64,000 nt of DNA. It comes from Klebsormidium nitens. Lineage: Eukaryota > Plantae > Klebsormidiophyceae. Under the pieces are notes generated by a model that saw only the letters and a list, made by a program, of their open reading frames with translations, was not told the DNA's origin and did no database searches. This document shows positions 57,778 through 64,000 of the stretch, piece by piece. Each line of letters starts with the position of its first letter. Positions within the stretch are counted from its first letter, which is position 1. Where the stretch lies: positions 1 through 64,000 of the forward strand of contig DF237439.1 in NCBI GenBank assembly GCA_000708835.1, read 5' to 3'. The translations under genes and the position numbers were made by a program.

Positions 57778-57905
57778 AGTAGGGGCGTCGACCTGCCATT
57801 GAAAGCCCAATTCGGCCAGTCGGAAGGCCCATGGTAGCGGCAGTAGGGGCGTCGACCTGCCATTGAAAGCCCAATTCGGCCAGTCGGAAGGCCCATGGTA
57901 GCGGC
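57778..57905. repeat. Perfect tandem duplication of 64 bp (2 copies)
   Basis: agtaggggcgtcgacctgccattgaaagcccaattcggccagtcggaaggcccatggtagcggc at 57778 and 57842. Confidence 0.9.
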
Positions 57906-59456
57906 CCAATGATGGCGGCCGCCAAGACTCGGGCATGCACTCAGTGCCATTGCGTACTCATGCAATGGGCGGCACTGGTTGCTCAGCACTACATGGTGTC
58001 CGATTGAAGTCCTGGTTCATGCTGGATCAGTGTCCCGCATGCTGGATCGGCGATTCGGCATCAGTTGACCTCACCTCAACTTGGGCGCGCGCGCGCGTAT
58101 TGCACGACCGGGCACTCAGGAGTGAGGCAGTTCAAGAAGTCATGCATGATGCATCATGCAAATCAAGTAAATGCTGGCCGCGTTCTCCGGATTCAGGTTC
58201 TGCACGCCGTGCAGCATTTACTCAGGAAGGCAATGACAAGCATGCAGGGTTTCCCACGGCCCGGCCACGGGTTTTTGTCCCGGCCAGCCAGCTGCGCTGG
58301 CACCCTCCCGGTTCTGCCAGCTGAGAAGTCGGTGTTTGTGGCCACCGGCCAGGTTGTACCTGCTGTTTGCTAGCTACACAGCCGGCGGGCCCCGGGGTGC
58401 CTTCGGCACCAGCTGGGGTCCTTCTTTGGCCAGCCAGGTCTGCCCCATGCTGCCAGCTGTGGCAGTGCCACAGTGGGGATGGAACTCAAGAAAGATAATC
58501 AGCAACAATTTTCATGTATGTATGCATCATACTTGGTGTGCACTGTGCACTGTGCTGGTTGATTGTCATGATAGAAGCTCCCGGTTTATACAGCATGGAT
58601 AGCGCCTGGATAGCGCCTGGCTTGGCGTGTGAAAAATTAGGCCAGCTACATGCGGTTAGTTACATAGCTCGAGTTACCTTGACTTCGCCTCTAATGCGTA
58701 TGTCGCAATTCTGCGGTAACCCTGGGGTTACGTATTAGTCAGGATACTATTGTGAATAAGCCAAGATAATAATTAAGGTACACACTAGTGGGACTCAAAC
58801 CCTGATGATTGCAACGGCACATGTGACATGCATGATGCAGGCATGATGCACACGGTGCTTACCGTGGCTAAGGTCTTAACCTGTTCAGGTAGTACTACTG
58901 TCTTGTCGAAAGATTCGTGCTTCGTAATTGTGATTTAGGCCGAAGGGTGCCTCTTCACGAAGCATGAATGCACATAATTAACAGACTTACTAAAACAAAA
59001 GGAACGCCTGAAGGCACCTGAAGGGAATGCGCCTTCCATCTCATGTAGACCTGTGCTAGTCGTGACTCGTGAGAGGTGCCCTCAAGGCTCAAAGCAGCAT
59101 TCACTTTGAAACGCTGAAAGTGAAACCGGACCCGTGTGCCAAAGTGAGAAGGCCCGTATTGGAGGCGCTGGGACTCTGGTCAAATTTTGCTGAGTCGCTA
59201 ACAGCTCCACCTTTGAAGCCAGCAACTTCTCCATTTACAGACAGCAAGACAGCAAGGCACTTCCTGCACCTTCTCTGGACTTCTTGCTCTTGTCTCCTTT
59301 TGCAAGCTGATTGCCACCACTCTTCTCTGTCAGCATCTCACTAAGTTGCTACAGACCCTGCTTATTTTACGTTTTTGGCTTTAGGGTGCCAATCACAGGA
59401 ATATTTACAGCATCCTCAGGAGAGCAGCAGCGTTACGTACCGTCTCTGTTGATATA

Positions 59457-62400
59457 ATGACGCCAGTCAGGACTGCAAAAGCTTGGTCGGTCATGAGCTA
59501 TCCTAGTCTGGCCTCTGCCGCCGGATTGCTTTACAAAGGGTTGAGCGCCAGGAGCTTTGCTATCTTTGCTCTTTGCGCTGTCGTGAGCTGCTTGGCCCTG
59601 GCTCCAGTCATTGCAACTAGTTGTGGGGATGATACAGACTGCACCGATGGTGCTACTTGCTGCAATAATGTGTGCGGGGTCACGTGCGGTGATGGATGTT
59701 GCCCCACCAGCCTGGGTTACAGCTGCACTGGCAGTGCTTCTTGTGGAGGTGAGCGGGTTAGGTAGGTGGTAACGAAGCTAGGAATTTGCTCTTTTATTGT
59801 CAGCAAAACAGAAAAACCATTGGTGCGGCACAGGCTTGCCATCCTGTATGTTCAGTATGAAGGTGTGTGCAGAGTTCACCAGAAGTCTCTGCTCTTGATC
59901 AACTTCAAAGGTTAAGGCCCTTTAACACTGTCTTCCTATCACTGGAGGACTGCTTAGCCAAGGGATAAACAGGCTAGCTGGTTTCACGACAGTTAACTCT
60001 CCCCATGCATCTGGGCAAGAGACAATCACATGATTGGCTTTGTTCTCAAGGAATGGCTACACCGCAGAATATTGACAATGTGCATTTGACCATCCTCGGA
60101 CGTGACTAACTAAACTTTATCAAAAGCTGTGCTGACTTGGATCGAGTCAAAGGGGCAACCGCTTTCGTCCGCTTTCTTTAGGAGGTGAATGATTTTCATG
60201 GAGGGAATATTGCTTTTGACGATGTCGCAGCTAGCCTATCCATAGACATCGCAGGAAATCCACTCTTTAATGACACGCCACTGCACTTGATGATATGTCG
60301 AGCTAGGAATATAGAAGCAAGTGCATTAGAGCATCAGTTGTTATGACCTGGTCTCCTTTCTCCTGCAGCTTCGATAGGAGGGACTGGAGACCCCATTTCT
60401 TCCTCACCGTCCCCCGAGGTGGCCAGCAGCTAACCGGGGATTTCCATGGCAAGGGCAACCAGAGCTACTGCATGGTCTCGGACAACTCAATCTGCGTAAG
60501 TCCCACAACAAACTAGTGTTTCGAAACAAGGATGAGGCAATGCTGCAGTCACTAATTAAATTGTCATCTGCCTAGTCGGCTAGGGGCCCTGTTGCAAAAG
60601 GAAAACATGGCAGACAGAAATAGGTTTCACCTAGACTGCTTGGGTATCCTCCTGGTAATAGTATGCGCCATTATTCAAGGTAGTCTCCTTGCATAATGGC
60701 CCTGTTTTGTATCTCAGATTTAGGGTTTACAGGCTCAGAATGAAGAGGTGAGTTTTTTTGTTTTCCTGACACCCATAGTAGCAGCCTTGAGGTCTGCTGT
60801 GGTCTAATTGGCCCAACAAGGCCTGATTCAGGTAGCAACTTAGGAAGCTCGATCTGCAGCCATTAAGCAAGCCCGCTGTTTATGGTCTGCTTTTGGTGAT
60901 TGTGATAGAAAACATCTTGATTTAGACAAATATTTTATTTTGGTTGCCAATGACAATGACTCCTGACTCAGTAGGGACTGCATGTGCATCTTGCCCTTGG
61001 TTGAGTCTTCAAATGATAGAACCATCTGCTCTTTCTATTTAGTGCCGTTGCAAGATGGCTCCAGATTCTTTTTTGTAATGCATGTATCCCATCAGCTTGG
61101 ATGTGTTGATGCCGTTTCTCACCTGTGCCTTAGCTTGTCTTACTGCCAAGCTCTCCTTCTACACGAGCTTACCTAAGTGTGGCGTTCCCCAGTAGTATCA
61201 TGACATGATGAGCCTAGTCTCTTTCCCTGCTTCCCGGTCTTTCTGACGTGCTCATTTCATGACTGGCTGCAGTTGAACGCACGGATGTTCAACCTGCCTC
61301 CAGATATCAACATCCTCCAGCGAGCACCGAGCGAAGAGGACCCTTTTTTTGAGGGAACGTGGATGGATGCGATTGGAGTTGTTTACTCCACACCAGAAGA
61401 CGACAATCAGCAAGCGCTGGAGATCGTACTCAACCAAAGCAGGGCGCGGGCTGCTTCGAAAGAATCACTCACAATCGGTTTAATTGCGAACAACACCATG
61501 GTTCTGGTGAGCTCTACACATTGCCCTTCGTTACTTTCAGAAGAAACGACTCGGAGTAGGTAAAGAGACTTTAGAAAGCACAGCTGTGGACTTTCAGAAC
61601 TGCAGAACCTCTATTCAGAAGAACACCGTGCGTTTCTTAGAGTTGCTCGATCAAACTGATAAGATAATCTGCTTTGTGGATCAAGTTCCTTCCTACACCA
61701 CTTGATCTGTTATGGAAGTTGCATGCAACACTTGGAGAGATCAAAGTTTTTGAGCTCCAGATTTGCAGAAACTGCAGCAAGGCATGGATGTTCCATCAGG
61801 CCCTTGAAGCTTTAAAACGAATTGAGAAGTAGTAAAGCAAATAAGGTCCAGGGACCTAAATTGACTTCAACTTTCTATCCAAGCTACTAGCTAGTCTTCA
61901 GATGGTCAAAATGGCCCGTGCTCAAGCCTCATACATGATCAACCCAAAAACCACGTCCTGTCTTTGAAGATGCCGACTGACAGACCAAATCTCCTGTTAC
62001 CAAATCTCCTGTTACCAAATCTCCTGTTACCAAATCTCCTATTACCAAATCTCCTGTTCAGGTTCCGGTAGGCGTGTCCACGTGGACCAGTCCCGATAAG
62101 ACGCTCAACGTGACCTACCAATCCGAGCTTCGAACCTCCGTGGCGATTTTCGTCACAAATCAGCTGAAGATGGATGTCTGGGTGGAGGTTGACAAGGAGA
62201 TTGTCTCGGATCCCCCAATCTACAGCCTCAGCTTTGACATCCAGTCGATTGCGACCACGCCAGAGGTCCATGGGGTGAGCAGCCAACAGCCCTGCCTACG
62301 CTTGATTACAACCCTGCTTGGACATCGATGTTTTAGAAGGGATGTGCATAAAATGCCAGAACGTCTAGGCTACTGCTCGAATCTACTCGGTGAGTGTGTT

Positions 62401-64000
62401 GCCGTCACCGGATCAGTAGATTTTGGAACTCTCCAGGTCTCAGGTAACATTTTTCGCGCTCATCCACGATTGCAGCGGTTCTGAGCTTCCTCAAGGCTGC
62501 TCGCTTTCCATGCGTTGATTCAAATCTACTGTAACTTCAGAGGCGCATGCTACCACATTCTGGAATTTGGACCTCTAGCTGAATCTGAGAGGAGCAAAAT
62601 CGAGATCTCCTTTAGTAAGTCCGATTTGAAGCTTTAGATGTGAGTTGTACAGTCAGCTTGATGAGCACAAGAATGCAGCAAAGTATTCTCGACGATGGTG
62701 CGGAAATGCGGCACCGCCACGGTGTCTTCAATCTGATTCCAAGACCTACTGTCCAACTTTCAAAGTACTGAGACACCGTTCATCTGGTCTCAAGAATCAC
62801 ACGCGAACATCCGGGCTAATCAAACAAATCGGCCAGCCATCGCCTAACCTTGACCCGCCGGACTAATTGCAAGAATGTAAACGACCTTGTACTTCTCTAT
62901 AGTAGTCATTGTCAGAAACTTAGAGAAATCTTCGGAAGCTTTTCTATCCTCATGCAAAACCGTTGACAGGCCGCTTCAAGATTGCAGTGCGTCAACCGCA
63001 GACTTTGGTGAGAGAATTCTTTCAGCTCCTTTCCTCAAAGGCGCTCTTTGCCCGCAAACATTTCGTTAAAAAGATATTCGTCAGATCTTCGCCTCGAGGC
63101 TCTTTTGACTATCGCAAACGCGGCGGTCAGCAGGAATGATGCTAAATCAGAAGTTCGCTCGTTTCGTAATGTTGACGTCTTACTTTAAGCCTGACTCAAA
63201 AGACTGAATCTAAACCCGTGAATCTTGCAGTTCGTCGGCCAAATGTATGCGCCGGGGGCCATTGAGGAGCGCCTGCGGATGGGCACTCTCAAAGGCTTGC
63301 TGCACCGCGAGTACGTCGAAGGCATGGACGACGACTACGCCACGTCTAACCTGACGGCGACCGACTGCTTTTACACGCGCTTCAAAACGGTACGAACGCT
63401 ACAATTCCCGTTTACTGTTCCGGTAGCGAAGAGACAGTGGCCATCGCTCTTTCGCTGTGTGCACGAATCGCACTGTTCTGCCGCCGGAACTCATTGAGGC
63501 TTCCCAAGTTCGGATTTGAAAACAGCACTTGCAGTGTTTTGTTACAGAGGAAAGTCGCTAAATACTAGGAAGTGCTTGACCGAAGGTAATCCATGAGCAA
63601 CTCTTTTGCTTTCATCCGGTCTCTTTCGACCCCATCCAGTTGTTTGATCTCAGAACGAATTCCTGGATTCTGAAGGATCAAGACATCTGGCTCAATATTT
63701 CTGTCGCAAGACCCAATCGGATAAGATTCTGCGCCTAGGAGTCATAGGGACTCACCGTCTGGAATTGGCGGCATATGATGGTTCGATTGACCACTTAGTC
63801 TAAAACTTTGGCCGACTCCATCTCTTAAAGCGCTTTGTAAGTTGAAATCACGAGAAGGACGTGACATCGAGCGCAACCCTGATGCGTTCACAGCCGGGCA
63901 TTTCAGGCGGAGGCTGACGTCACGACGCGCACGCCCATCGACGTCATCTCCACGTCTCCGAGGCTATCCCTCACCGGCCGGCGGCTCCTCGTGGCCACGC
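59457..64000 (+). CDS. Secreted Cys-rich plus root-cap domain (LEA-related) protein with an apparent 1-nt deletion in exon 2; runs off the window
   Basis: Exons 59457-59748, 60369-60495, 61273-61506, 62062-62274, 63231-63389, 63907 onward. Motifs GDP[H]F...DFHGKGNQSYCMVSD, LNARM...TWMDAIGV, VHG|FVGQMY...DYATSNLTATDCFYTRF. Confidence 0.8.
61984..62058 (+). repeat. Five copies of a 15-bp unit (accaaatctcctgtt) abutting the 3' splice site
   Basis: Copies at 61984, 61999, 62014, 62029 (one mismatch) and 62044, followed by cag|gtt at 62059-62062. Confidence 0.95.

Noticed and set aside
58780-58885. tRNA/SINE-like element on the minus strand (tagccacggt A-box-like; gggtttgagtccc B-box-like)
   Set aside because: No consistent cloverleaf could be built, and the box matches are imperfect.

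Overview
Eukaryotic nuclear DNA. The gene set and GT-AG intron style suggest a streptophyte alga such as Klebsormidium; this is inference. The window has two parts. (1) About 4.1-18.5 kb is a decaying endogenous giant-virus (Nucleocytoviricota) segment of compact, intronless genes: DUF5767-like, SWIB, SNF2-like plus RING, two paralogous conserved structural-type genes, an HNH nuclease, an apparently intact R-S-ExE ADP-ribosyltransferase and a secreted thaumatin-like protein. A host-like island interrupts it at about 8.4-11 kb, and a 300-N gap lies at 12801-13100. (2) Intron-rich host genes: a Rieske non-heme iron oxygenase (minus), Rab GDI (minus, 13 coding exons), an F-box/SNF2/CW-zinc-finger protein like At3g54460 (plus), a root-cap/LEA-related protein (plus, runs off the end), and isolated exons. 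The most striking unexplained structure is exon-junction echoes. Host introns repeatedly carry arrays of degenerate copies of the adjacent exon edge plus its splice site, usually with the AG or GT retained, on both the acceptor and donor sides of exons in several unrelated genes.
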